NCBI GenBank assembly: GCA_025457965.1
Contig: JALOTJ010000006.1
Coordinates: 5,162 to 69,161, forward strand
Direction: 5' to 3'
Length of the DNA: 64,000 nt
From: Spirochaetota bacterium
GTDB taxonomy: Bacteria; Spirochaetota; UBA4802; UBA5368
The notes below the pieces were generated by a model. The model did no database searches. It saw only the letters and a list, made by a program, of their open reading frames with translations, and was not told where the DNA came from. A program made the position numbers and the translations under genes. This document shows, in pieces, positions 36,773 to 50,533 of this stretch; position 1 is the stretch's first letter; each line of letters opens with the position of its first letter.

Positions 36773-37366
36773 CTACCTCCTTTTCCGCGACTTGAGCGCG
36801 TTCATGCCCCACAGCATGATGGCCAGGGTGAAAAAGGCGCCGGGCGCGAGCGTCATGATGGTGGCCGGCTCCATTCCGGGGATGAGGGTGTAGCCGAAAA
36901 GCCTGTTCGATCCCAGGATCTCCCGGAAGAAGGCGAGCACCGTAAGCGTCAGGCCGAATCCAAGGCCCATGCCCAGCCCGTCGAGCACCGAAGGCAGTAC
37001 GGTGTTTTTCGAGGCGAACTCCTCGGCGCGCCCCAGGATGATACAGTTGACCACGATGAGCGGGATGAAGATGCCGAGCGCTTTATAGATGTCCGGCTGA
37101 AACGCCTTCAGCGTCAGTTCGACGATGATGACGAAGGTGGCGATGATCGCGATGAAGATCGGGATGCGGATGTGCGACGGCACCACCGACTTTATGAGCG
37201 AAACGAAGATGTTCGAGAAGATGAGCACGAACGTGGCGGCCAGTGTCATCCAGAGCGCGTTCGACACCGAGGTCGAAACGGCGAGGGTGGGGCACATGCC
37301 GATGCCCAGTATCAGGATGGGATTTTTCTCCCATATGCCTTTCGCGAATACCCTGTAATAGCTCAT
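36773..37366 (-). CDS. rnfE: Rnf electron transport complex subunit E
   Basis: GIWEKNPILILGIGMCPTLAVS pattern. 197-aa membrane protein, paralogous to RnfA. Confidence 0.9.
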   Translation of the reverse strand: MSYYRVFAKGIWEKNPILILGIGMCPTLAVSTSVSNALWMTLAATFVLIFSNIFVSLIKSVVPSHIRIPIFIAIIATFVIIVELTLKAFQPDIYKALGIFIPLIVVNCIILGRAEEFASKNTVLPSVLDGLGMGLGFGLTLTVLAFFREILGSNRLFGYTLIPGMEPATIMTLAPGAFFTLAIMLWGMNALKSRKRR

Positions 37367-38058
37367 TTTCCGGCTGCCTCCTGCGCTTTCGCGTGTTCCT
37401 CGAGCGCAATTCTCAGGGTCGCCATGCCGACCTCTATGCTGTCCTTCACGGCCTTGGTGGTGATGGTTGCGCCGGTTATCGCCGAAACGCCATTCTTCAG
37501 TAAAAGCTCATCGCGCATGGTTTCGTTCCAGTCTCCCTTCTTGAAGATTGCGATTTTCGCGGCCGCGTTCACGCCCCTGAACTGCTCCTGGAACCAGGGA
37601 GAGGGCTCTTCGCCCGTTTCGTGCGCCCTGCCGGTGACCACCTGGAAGAAGGTGTTGCGGCTTGCGGCCTCGAGTACCCTGGCGCCGAGGCCGGGGGTTT
37701 CGGACTGGCGTATTATCGAGATTCCGAGCACCGTACCTTTTTCATCCACGCCCACCATGGTACGGATGGCGCCGCTGTAGCCGGGTTTCTCCGCGATAAA
37801 AGCATAGGCCTTCGCGGTCGTGTTCCCCCCGGCCTTTTGCCCGGTCCAGTAGGTGAAATTGGCCCTGCCCACCGCCGCCGTACGTTCCTCTCCGATCGTG
37901 TAGCCCGGAAGCACGAGCGCCAGGGCGTTTTCCTGTTTCTGCCGCTCCTGTTTCTGTATGACGGGGTAGGTGATCGCCTTGATGTGCGAAAGCGCGAAGG
38001 TCGCAATAAAGGAGGTCAGCCCGAGAATCAACGTCGATCTGAGTATGGAAGCATTCAT
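37363..38058 (-). CDS. rnfG: Rnf electron transport complex subunit G (FMN-binding)
   Basis: N-terminal anchor, ..ETPGLGARV.., and the covalent-FMN site SAITGATITTKAV. 4-nt overlap with rnfE. Confidence 0.85.
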   Translation of the reverse strand: MNASILRSTLILGLTSFIATFALSHIKAITYPVIQKQERQKQENALALVLPGYTIGEERTAAVGRANFTYWTGQKAGGNTTAKAYAFIAEKPGYSGAIRTMVGVDEKGTVLGISIIRQSETPGLGARVLEAASRNTFFQVVTGRAHETGEEPSPWFQEQFRGVNAAAKIAIFKKGDWNETMRDELLLKNGVSAITGATITTKAVKDSIEVGMATLRIALEEHAKAQEAAGK

Positions 38059-38113
38059 CTATGCGCCCCTTCCTTTAGGATAACCCTCTGCAGGCATCGC
38101 GATATGCGTCCCT

Positions 38114-39193
38114 TCACGCGTGCTTCGTCCCGAACACCTTCGGCCTGATGAACCGGTCGATGAGCGGAACGGTGGAATTCATCAACAGAATCGAATACGA
38201 GACGCCTTCCGGGTATCCGCCCCACAGCCGTATAACGCAGGTAAGCACGCCGCAGCCCGCGCCGAAGAGAATCATGCCTCTCGGCGTGACGGGTGAGGTG
38301 ACCATGTCTGTCGCCATGAAAAAGGCCCCGAGTACCAGTCCACCCGAAAGGAGGTGAAAGAGCGTCGCCTCGGCGGCGTAGGCGAAGCCCGTAAGCGAAT
38401 AGTAGGCGAACATGATTATGGCGACCGTGCCGATGTAGGTTGCCGGGATATGCCAGGAGACGATGCGCTTGTAAAGCAGGAGGAGGGCGCCGGCGAGCAG
38501 AAGGAGCGCCGATGTCTCGCCGATGCACCCGCCGATATTGCCCATGAAGAGCGACTTGAGCATTTCGGGCGAAAACAGCGTGCGGTACACGGCGTTGGGC
38601 GCGACCCCCAGATCGGCAAGGAGCTTCGGGCCCTCCTTCAGGGCGCCGAGCGGCGTCGCCTGGGTGATGATATCGTATGCCTGCTCCGGGAGCCCGGCGA
38701 CGTTCGAGGCCGCCTGCGAGAGCACGTTGGTCGGGCCGAAGCGGTGCCAGGTCGTGGTCATGTGCACCGGCCACGAGGCCATGAGGAGCGCCCTGCCGGC
38801 AAGCGCCGGGTTGAAGATATTGAAGCCGATACCGCCGAAGAGCTGCTTGGCGACGATCACCGAGAACGCCGCGCCGATTCCGAGCATCCAGAGCGGAGCG
38901 TCGGGCGGTACGTTGAACGCGAGAAGTACTCCGGTTATGACGGCGGAGCCGTCGGTAATGGCAAAGGGTTTCTTCATTAAAAAGCAAAAGGCCGCCTCGG
39001 CCGCCACGCACACCGCAACCGAAACGGCGATCAGCATGAGGGCGTTCAGGCCGAAGAGGTACACCGAATACGCCGCCGCCGGGGCCAGGGCGAGCACCAC
39101 CAGCCACATGATTGATTTAAGCGACTGGCCGGCGTGGATATGCGGCGCGCTGGACAGCAAGAGCCCGGGGGCTGCTTTTTTATCATCCTGCAT
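38114..39193 (-). CDS. rnfD: Rnf electron transport complex subunit D
   Basis: SSAPHIHAGQS N-terminus, polytopic, ..FFMATDMVTSP.. FMN-attachment motif. Confidence 0.9.
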   Translation of the reverse strand: MQDDKKAAPGLLLSSAPHIHAGQSLKSIMWLVVLALAPAAAYSVYLFGLNALMLIAVSVAVCVAAEAAFCFLMKKPFAITDGSAVITGVLLAFNVPPDAPLWMLGIGAAFSVIVAKQLFGGIGFNIFNPALAGRALLMASWPVHMTTTWHRFGPTNVLSQAASNVAGLPEQAYDIITQATPLGALKEGPKLLADLGVAPNAVYRTLFSPEMLKSLFMGNIGGCIGETSALLLLAGALLLLYKRIVSWHIPATYIGTVAIIMFAYYSLTGFAYAAEATLFHLLSGGLVLGAFFMATDMVTSPVTPRGMILFGAGCGVLTCVIRLWGGYPEGVSYSILLMNSTVPLIDRFIRPKVFGTKHA

Positions 39194-39217
39194 GGTCGTT
39201 GTTTACCCCCGGATAGC

Positions 39218-40546
39218 CTATTCTTTCTGCCTGCGGCGCAGTTTTTCCTGCGCGAGTTTGATGAAGTGGTTAAGCGGCCTGCGCGAGGGGCATACGTACG
39301 CGCACGAGCCGCACATGATGCAGTCGAAGGGATGCGACGGTTCGACGAGGTCGAGCCGGCCTTTCTCGATGGTGTTGACCATGTCGCAGGGGACCAGTCC
39401 CGCCGGGCATACGGCCACGCAACGCCCGCAGCGAATGCAGGGCAGGTAGTCGACGGGCCGCGCCTCTTCCTTTCCGAGCACCAGGATACCCGAGGTGCCC
39501 TTCACCACGGGTATGTCCATGCTGTCCAGCGCCGTCCCGCACATCGGCCCGCCCATTATGATCTTGGCCGGTTCGGCGACGAGTCCGCCGCATTCCTCGA
39601 TGACGTCCGAAACGCGGCTGCCAAGGCGCACCTTGTAGTTGCCCGGGTTCTTAACACACGGCCCGGTTACGGTAATGTAGCGTTCGAAGAGCGGCTTGCC
39701 GAGCGCCACGGCCTCGCGGATGGCGAAGATGGTGCCGACGTTCTGCACGACGGTCGCCGCGTCCATTGGGAGCCCGCCGGACGGCACCTCGCGGCGGGTG
39801 AGGCTGTAGACGAGCTGTTTCTCGGCACCCTGGGGGTACTTGGTCTTGAGCGCGACGATTATGATGTTTTCGGATGGTTTTATTTCGGCCAGCTTTTTTT
39901 TAAGCGAGGCGATGGCATGAAGCTTGTTGTTTTCCACGCCGATATAGGCGGTGCTGATCCCGAGAATCTTCAGCGCTATGCAGACACCCTCGATGATCTC
40001 GCCGGGGAAGGTCTGCATGAGCATGTCGTCAACGGTGAGATAGGGCTCGCACTCCGAGCCGTTGATGATGAGCGCCTCGATTTGACGGTTGCGCGGGGGG
40101 TGAAGCTTGACCTGCGTGGGGAATGCGGCACCACCGAGGCCGACAACGCCCGCCTCGGCGACGCGGTTGAGGAGTTCGAGGTTGCTCATCGATCCCCAGT
40201 CCGCGCTCTCCAGCGGCCTGCCCGAGGTTGGAAACGAGCCCTGCGCCTCGATCACCACACACATTCCGCGCTTCGAATACACGGTGGGGTGCTCGGTGAT
40301 CTCCACGATCTTTCCGGGCACCGACGCGTGCACGTTCGCGCTGATATAGCCGTCGGCCAGCCCTATGAGCTGGCCTTCACGTACGATTTCACCCGCCTCC
40401 ACAATCGGCCTGGCGGGCTTGCCGACGTGCTGCTGAAGCGGGATGTAACAGAGTTGCGGGACCGAAAGGTTGGAAAAAGCCTTCCCCTCGCTGAGGCGCT
40501 TGTTTTCGGGCGGATGTATCCCGCCCGAAAAGGTAGTAAAGGCCAT
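39218..40546 (-). CDS. rnfC: Rnf electron transport complex subunit C
   Basis: FSGGIHPPENK N-terminus. NADH/FMN-binding region (GLGGAAFPT) and two C-terminal 4Fe-4S motifs (CIRCGRCVAVCP, CIMCGSCAYVCP). Confidence 0.9.
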   Translation of the reverse strand: MAFTTFSGGIHPPENKRLSEGKAFSNLSVPQLCYIPLQQHVGKPARPIVEAGEIVREGQLIGLADGYISANVHASVPGKIVEITEHPTVYSKRGMCVVIEAQGSFPTSGRPLESADWGSMSNLELLNRVAEAGVVGLGGAAFPTQVKLHPPRNRQIEALIINGSECEPYLTVDDMLMQTFPGEIIEGVCIALKILGISTAYIGVENNKLHAIASLKKKLAEIKPSENIIIVALKTKYPQGAEKQLVYSLTRREVPSGGLPMDAATVVQNVGTIFAIREAVALGKPLFERYITVTGPCVKNPGNYKVRLGSRVSDVIEECGGLVAEPAKIIMGGPMCGTALDSMDIPVVKGTSGILVLGKEEARPVDYLPCIRCGRCVAVCPAGLVPCDMVNTIEKGRLDLVEPSHPFDCIMCGSCAYVCPSRRPLNHFIKLAQEKLRRRQKE

Positions 40547-40549
40547 GGG

Positions 40550-40831
40550 TTACCCCCTGGTCGAATAGATCTCGTCTTTGATCGGGAGTTCCTTCCGGAG
40601 GTTTTTTATGTAGGGGAAGAGTTCGCCCGCGTCCACGTAGCTGTCGCAATCGTCCATGATCCGCCTGGCGACCGTGAAATATTTATAGAGCTTTTCCTCA
40701 CCGGAGCGCTTTACCCATTTTTTCTTGAGGCACTTCACCCTGAGCACGTACCGGTCGGGTTCGGATTCGTACTGGCGTATCACGATGCAGTTCTGACAAT
40801 TTGCGCAGAAAATCTTCTCTTTAACCATCAT
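40550..40831 (-). CDS. Small Cys-containing protein of unknown function, first gene of the rnf operon
   Basis: 93 aa. MMVKEKIFCANCQNCIVIRQ.. has CxxCxxC, with further Cys at residues 34 and 62. Its stop is 3 nt before the rnfC ATG. I recognise no family. Confidence 0.5.
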   Translation of the reverse strand: MMVKEKIFCANCQNCIVIRQYESEPDRYVLRVKCLKKKWVKRSGEEKLYKYFTVARRIMDDCDSYVDAGELFPYIKNLRKELPIKDEIYSTRG

Positions 40832-40893
40832 TCACCTTCTTGACGCTGTATTCGCGGTCGTCGAGCCGGGCATTCTGTTTAAATCAATAAGAA

Positions 40894-40968
40894 TTGTTGT
40901 AATACAACAAAAGAAGCCTCGTAACGCTGCGAACCTCTTATATAGAAGCCGGTGCCCCCGGGCGTCAA
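40894..40968 (-). promoter_or_regulatory. Candidate promoter and 17-bp palindrome upstream of the rnf operon
   Basis: On the minus strand: TTGACG (40963-40968), 18 nt, TATATA (40939-40944). Downstream is the perfect palindrome TTGTTGTA-A-TACAACAA (40894-40910), about 63 nt before the first ATG. Confidence 0.4.
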
Positions 40969-41133
40969 GAAAATTTTCTTATTTTAACGGGTATTTCCCG
41001 TCAGCCGGAAGGCCCCGCGCCGACCGGCTGACGGGGGTATAAAATATGCCCTTCGCGGTTTTATTTTCTTTACAAAAAACCTTCCGCAAATGGATATTTT
41101 AAGCCACCTCAAAATCATGCGAAGGAAACGCCA

Positions 41134-42699
41134 ATGAAGGTCTTGCTTATAAATCCGCCCTATCCTTTCGAGGAATCGCCCACGCCGCCGTTCGGGATCA
41201 TATCACTCGCCGCGTACCTCGAGCGCGAGGGAATCGAGGTGCTGGTAGAGGACTATATCGTCCAGCCGTACTCGCGCGAGCGCGTCCGCGAGGTCCTTTC
41301 CGCCTTCCGGCCGAACGTGGTCGGCTCAACGGCGGTCACCATGAACGTAAAGCGCGCGCTCTCCATACTGCGCGACTACAAGGAAGAAAATCACGAAGTG
41401 ATTACCGTGATGGGAGGGCCGCACGTGAGCTTTGACGCCGACCAGATACTCGGCGGCCACCCCTTCCTCGATTGCATAGTGCGCGGCGAGGGCGAAATCA
41501 CTTTTACCGAGATGCTTCGCGCGCTGGGGGCCGGTACGCCCCTCGATGACGTGAAAGGCATGTCCCTGCGCTCGAACGGGACGGTGCGGCACAATCCCGC
41601 ACGGCCCCTCATTCCCGACCTCAACGTGCTTCCGTACCCGGCTCGCCACCTCATATCGCTCTCGCGATACCGTGCGCTCGGTTTTCCGATCAACATGGTC
41701 ACCTCGCGGGGCTGTCCCAATAAGTGCATTTTCTGCGTCGGAAGCCGAATGGTGGGCCGCAAGGTGCGCTACCTCGACGTACAGCGCGTCGTCGACGAAT
41801 TCGAGCTGTTGTCGACCATGCGTTTCCGCCAGATCAACATCGTCGACGACCTCTTCACCGCCAACAAGAACCGCTGCATCTCGATATGTGAGGAGATCGT
41901 TCGCAGGGGAATAAAACACCGCTGGACCGCGTTCGCGCGGGTCGACACGGTATCGAAGGAGCTCCTCGAGGCCATGAAGGCCTCCGGCTGTACCACGCTG
42001 TGCTTCGGTATTGAGAGCGGAAACCAGGAGATACTGAACCTTGTGAAAAAGAACATCACCCTGGAGAAGGCGAAGGCCGCCGTGGACCTCTGCAACGCGG
42101 CCGGGATCGAGCCCATGACCTCGTATATCCTGGGCCTGCCGGGCGAGACGCCGGAGACCGTGCGCAAGACCATGGAGTTCGCCCGGAATTTAAGCCCCAT
42201 GTACGGCTACCATATCCTCGCGCCCTTTCCCGGCACCGAGGTGCGCGAGAAGGCCGCAGAGTACGGCATGCGCATACTGACCGACGACTGGGATCTCTAC
42301 GACGCCAACCGATCGGTCGCCGAGTCCATCCACATGTCGCACGAGGAGATTGACCGTATCGTCAACGAGTTCAACGGGGGCATCCGGCGCTATGTCGAGT
42401 CCCTCGGCGAGCAGAAGAGGCGGGGGGAGGTCATCTCGAACGAGGATCAGGACATGCTGGGGGGGATTTTGTCGTTCGATTTCAGCGAGAAGCTCATTTC
42501 GAAACAGGTGCTCGAGCGCTACCCGGGACTTCCGAACGGGGCTACGGATATAACCGTGATGACGGATTTCGCCACGTTCGTCGAAAAGGAGATCGGCTAC
42601 GGCATCGCCGACGTCGAGCGCGAGCTCGCGCGCCTGTCGGCGCTTGCGTGCATCGGAATCGACCGCGCCGGCCCCGCCTCCAGGGTCGCCTGGATCTAG
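41134..42699 (+). CDS. B12-binding-domain radical SAM protein
   Basis: N-terminal MKVLLINPPYP..GIISLAAYLEREG is the cobalamin-binding-domain pattern. Radical SAM cluster motif SRGCPNKCIFCV. 521 aa with no C-terminal SPASM-like Cys cluster. Confidence 0.85.
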   Translation: MKVLLINPPYPFEESPTPPFGIISLAAYLEREGIEVLVEDYIVQPYSRERVREVLSAFRPNVVGSTAVTMNVKRALSILRDYKEENHEVITVMGGPHVSFDADQILGGHPFLDCIVRGEGEITFTEMLRALGAGTPLDDVKGMSLRSNGTVRHNPARPLIPDLNVLPYPARHLISLSRYRALGFPINMVTSRGCPNKCIFCVGSRMVGRKVRYLDVQRVVDEFELLSTMRFRQINIVDDLFTANKNRCISICEEIVRRGIKHRWTAFARVDTVSKELLEAMKASGCTTLCFGIESGNQEILNLVKKNITLEKAKAAVDLCNAAGIEPMTSYILGLPGETPETVRKTMEFARNLSPMYGYHILAPFPGTEVREKAAEYGMRILTDDWDLYDANRSVAESIHMSHEEIDRIVNEFNGGIRRYVESLGEQKRRGEVISNEDQDMLGGILSFDFSEKLISKQVLERYPGLPNGATDITVMTDFATFVEKEIGYGIADVERELARLSALACIGIDRAGPASRVAWI

Positions 42700-43652
42700 G
42701 TCGTGGGCCGGGCGGCAATCACGCAGTTTTTGGTCGCCCGCTTGCCTTCGTACATGGCCCCGTCGGCCCTGCTGATGTTGGCGTCGAGATCGAGCGAAAT
42801 GTCGTATTCAGCGACGCCGATGGTGACGGTTACCTTCAGTTTTTTCCTCTTGAACTCGGGCCTTCCCGCCTCGACGGCCGCGCGCAGCTTTTCGGCCACC
42901 GCCATGGTTCCGTCCATCGTCAGCCGCGGAAAAATCAGGAGAAACTCTTCGCCTCCCCAGCGCGCGGCCATGTCCTCTTTCCGGACCGAGGCCACAAAGA
43001 TATCGGCCACGCTTTTAAGCACCGTGTCGCCGCCCTCGTGCCCGTGGGTGTCGTTGAACTGTTTGAAGTCGTCAATATCGGCCATCGCCAGGGAAAACGG
43101 ATCGCCGTGGCGGGCGGAGCGCGACAGCTCGGACGAGAGCCGCTCGAGGGCGTAACGGCGGTTCGCCAGGCCCGTCAGCGGGTCGATTCGCGCCATCACC
43201 TCGAGTCGCTCGCGCACCCGGTTAAGCTCCTCGTTGCGGCGCTCGAGCTCCTCCGCATACGAGCGCAGGTCCTGGCGCGAGCGCCGAAGCTCGAGGTGGG
43301 TCCGGATCCTCGCGAAGAGCTCGCGGGGGTTGAAGGGCTTTGCGATGTAGTCGTGCCCGCCGGCCTCGAAGCCGCGCACTATGTCGTTGGGTTCGCTCTT
43401 CGCCGTGATGAAGAGCACGGGAATGTCGGCCGTGGCCGGATCCTTCTTTAAGGTGCTGCAGATCGCATATCCGTCCATGCCGGGCATCATGACGTCGAGC
43501 AAAACGAGGTCGGGAAGTATTTCCCCTGCGCGCTTGATGGCCTCCTGTCCGTTGGTCGCGGTGTAGAGGTCGTAGTCGTCTTTTAAGAGCTCGCCAAGCG
43601 CCCGAAGCGGGGTGGGGGCGTCATCGACAATCAGTATCTTTTCCCTGCCCAT
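42696..43652 (-). CDS. Response regulator diguanylate cyclase (REC-GGDEF)
   Basis: ILIVDDAPT..LVLLDVMMPGMDG..AKP receiver, a coiled linker, then WGGEEFLLIF with an RKED (RxxD) I-site. Confidence 0.9.
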   Translation of the reverse strand: MGREKILIVDDAPTPLRALGELLKDDYDLYTATNGQEAIKRAGEILPDLVLLDVMMPGMDGYAICSTLKKDPATADIPVLFITAKSEPNDIVRGFEAGGHDYIAKPFNPRELFARIRTHLELRRSRQDLRSYAEELERRNEELNRVRERLEVMARIDPLTGLANRRYALERLSSELSRSARHGDPFSLAMADIDDFKQFNDTHGHEGGDTVLKSVADIFVASVRKEDMAARWGGEEFLLIFPRLTMDGTMAVAEKLRAAVEAGRPEFKRKKLKVTVTIGVAEYDISLDLDANISRADGAMYEGKRATKNCVIAARPTT

Positions 43653-48425
<4,773 letters not shown>

Positions 48426-48546
48426 GGCAATTAGCCTTTCATTGGGCGGCTGTCGGTCTTTTTACCGCTGGAGTGTAATGGATCTTCCTGCAGGGGGCAA
48501 GTAAATAAGTGGCGCCGGATGCGGCCGGCCGGTGCGCCGAACGTAT

Positions 48547-49311
48547 TCATCGAACCCTTTTTTTTCCCACGGGCGCCAGGTATACGACGAATTCGTCTTC
48601 GCCATCCAGCCGTAACAGCGCGTCCAGCGATTCCTGGTCGTATGCGGCGATGGCGCAGGTGCCGGCGTTGATCGCCTCACAGGCCAGATAGAGGTTCTGG
48701 CACACGTGGCCCGCGTCTATCGCGATCACCTTGTGGGCCGCCAGGCCATAGCGCCACTCCATGCGCGCGGGTATCGCCGCCCAGAAAAACGTGACGGCCG
48801 CCGCGCCGACGAAGCGCTGACCGAAACAGGCACCGGAAACGCGGCCCGCCAGCCCGCGCTCGGCGAATTCCAGCAGCAGGCGGTGCTCAAACGGCAGGTA
48901 GCGGTAGATACCCTCGTCCAGTCCCCCGACTCCGCGAACATACAGATAGGTCTCGAATGCGTGCCGGGCGCCGGCCGAGGGCACGGTCCGCAGTGCGGCG
49001 GCGGAATGGTAGCTTTCGCGCAGCCCCTGGGTGGCCCAGAGAAGGAATGACAGCTCCTCAATGCCGAGGGGCTCTGCGCCGTACGCGCGGACACTCTGAC
49101 GGTCGGCAATGGCCCGGACAAGTCCCAGCGGAAAGTCATCGGAAAATGAGCTGACCCCGGGAAGTTCTATGGTCAGGGCATCGGGGTCATGGCGCTTCTG
49201 CGGCGGCGGGGGCGGGATTCCGCGGCTCTGGTCGGTGTAACGAAAGTCGACGTGCTTGCGGATGGTGTCTTTCAGAAAAAAGCGGTTTGCTTTTATCTCG
49301 TCATTGCTCAT
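48547..49311 (-). CDS. SagB-type dehydrogenase / nitroreductase-superfamily protein
   Basis: ..RQSVRAYGAEPLGIEELSFLLWATQG.. and the C-terminal ..IDAGHVCQNLYLACEAINAGTCAIAAYD.. are typical of the nitroreductase fold. 254 aa. Confidence 0.7.
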   Translation of the reverse strand: MSNDEIKANRFFLKDTIRKHVDFRYTDQSRGIPPPPPQKRHDPDALTIELPGVSSFSDDFPLGLVRAIADRQSVRAYGAEPLGIEELSFLLWATQGLRESYHSAAALRTVPSAGARHAFETYLYVRGVGGLDEGIYRYLPFEHRLLLEFAERGLAGRVSGACFGQRFVGAAAVTFFWAAIPARMEWRYGLAAHKVIAIDAGHVCQNLYLACEAINAGTCAIAAYDQESLDALLRLDGEDEFVVYLAPVGKKRVR

Positions 49312-49555
49312 GGAATACCCCGATTACGCGGACGCCTCGATCCCAGTATAACCGAAAACAGGCGGTATGCAAGGGATTTACCGCTCGCCCGGTCAATAAA
49401 TGTTACGATGACGGGGTCGGCCCAACCGAAGCCTTATCGTTTTTTATAGCCAGGCCGAAAAAGTGAGTGCGTTTCACGTCGCGTATTCGATACAATCCAG
49501 TCGTGCCGGCCGCGGCGGCGGTGGTACGGATTACGGATGCGGGAAAACCTCGCCA

Positions 49556-50524
49556 ATGCCCATGCACGAAGATAAAGTAGAGCTTTTGCGAAGGGTGGAC
49601 CTCTTCTCGACCCTGCGCGAATACGAGCTGGATATCATCGCAAAGAACAGCGAGATGGTGCGCTTCGATCGTGGAGTCGCCGTGTTCGTCAAAGGGGCCC
49701 CGGCGCGCGAACTCTATGTGGTGCAGGGCGGCCGGGTGGGCATCATCGGCGTGGAAAGCGAGGACAACATAACGATCGCCCAGATCGCCCCGGGCGAATC
49801 TTTTGGAGAGCTCGAGTTCCTCGAGAACGCGCCGCGCAAAGCGGCGGCCTTTATCGAGGAGGAATCGGTGCTCCTGCGCTTTCCCGCGGTGGGAATAACG
49901 ATGGCCGATCTGCTCCGCGACCATCCCTTTGTCGCCGCGCGCACGCTCCACCGGTTGCTCGGTATTATCGCCGAACGCATCTGGAGTGTCAAACAGCTCC
50001 TTAACGAAAAGACCGGCTGGCTTCAGGACCTGCACCGTCAGCTTCACTGCGACAGGATGACCGGCCTCTACAACGAGACCTTTCTGCGCGAGGACTTCGT
50101 CAACCTCCTGCCCCGGCTTGGCGGCAGGGCGGCGCTTCTTATGATAAAGCCCGACAACTTCAAGGAGATAAACGACCGGTACGGCCACGAGGCGGGTGAT
50201 CACGTGCTCAAGCTCATGGCGATCTTTTTGCAGTCGGAGCTCGGAGAAAACGACATCGGTGTGCGCTACCGGGGCGACGAGTTCGCAGCGGTGCTGGCCG
50301 ACGCGGGCCGCGATGAGGCGCTGGAGCGTTCACGCGCCATCAGCGCGTCGCTCGCGTCGCTGGACCTCTCCCGTGCGGCGGGCGCGGACGCGCCGCACGT
50401 CAGGGTAAGCATCGGCATCGCCCTCTATCCCACGGACAGGGCCGAGAGCCGCATGCTGGTGGAGGAGGCGCATCGCAAGATGATGGCCGCGCGCGAATCG
50501 GGCGGCGGCCGTGTGGCGATTTAG
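49556..50524 (+). CDS. Cyclic-nucleotide-binding domain protein with degenerate GGDEF domain (RGDEF)
   Basis: Start at ATG 49556/49562. cNMP-binding pattern LFSTLREYELDIIA..FGELEFL. GGDEF domain with GLYNE..DNFKEINDRYGHEAGD but the active-site motif reads RYRGDEF (50270-50284). Confidence 0.8.
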   Translation: MPMHEDKVELLRRVDLFSTLREYELDIIAKNSEMVRFDRGVAVFVKGAPARELYVVQGGRVGIIGVESEDNITIAQIAPGESFGELEFLENAPRKAAAFIEEESVLLRFPAVGITMADLLRDHPFVAARTLHRLLGIIAERIWSVKQLLNEKTGWLQDLHRQLHCDRMTGLYNETFLREDFVNLLPRLGGRAALLMIKPDNFKEINDRYGHEAGDHVLKLMAIFLQSELGENDIGVRYRGDEFAAVLADAGRDEALERSRAISASLASLDLSRAAGADAPHVRVSIGIALYPTDRAESRMLVEEAHRKMMAARESGGGRVAI

Positions 50525-50533
50525 GAGCGCGTC

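Noticed and set aside
39134-40843. 569-aa plus-strand ORF antisense to rnfC, and similar long shadow ORFs: 2580..3539-, 13729..14562-, 24148..25443-, 27571..28725-, 31268..32695+, 33618..34661-, 36716..37780+, 38055..39107-, 43890..44990+, 56360..57154-, 57335..58171-, 60087..60950-, 61288..62049-, 62056..62829-.
   Set aside because: Each lies antisense or out of frame over a gene with clear family motifs. The translations are R/G/A/H/D-rich low-complexity strings with no recognisable motif. This is the expected artefact of stop-poor GC-rich DNA.
41046-41102. 18-codon ORF (MPFAVLFSLQKTFRKWIF) upstream of the radical SAM gene as a possible RiPP precursor.
   Set aside because: The radical SAM protein lacks a SPASM or RiPP-recognition-type C-terminal Cys cluster. 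The peptide has no Cys/Ser/Thr-rich core. A single tiny ORF in an AT-rich leader is expected by chance.
48547-49311. The SagB-type dehydrogenase as a marker of a thiazole/oxazole-modified microcin (TOMM) RiPP cluster.
   Set aside because: I found no cyclodehydratase (YcaO/SagCD) and no plausible precursor peptide ORF on either flank. The neighbours are signalling genes.
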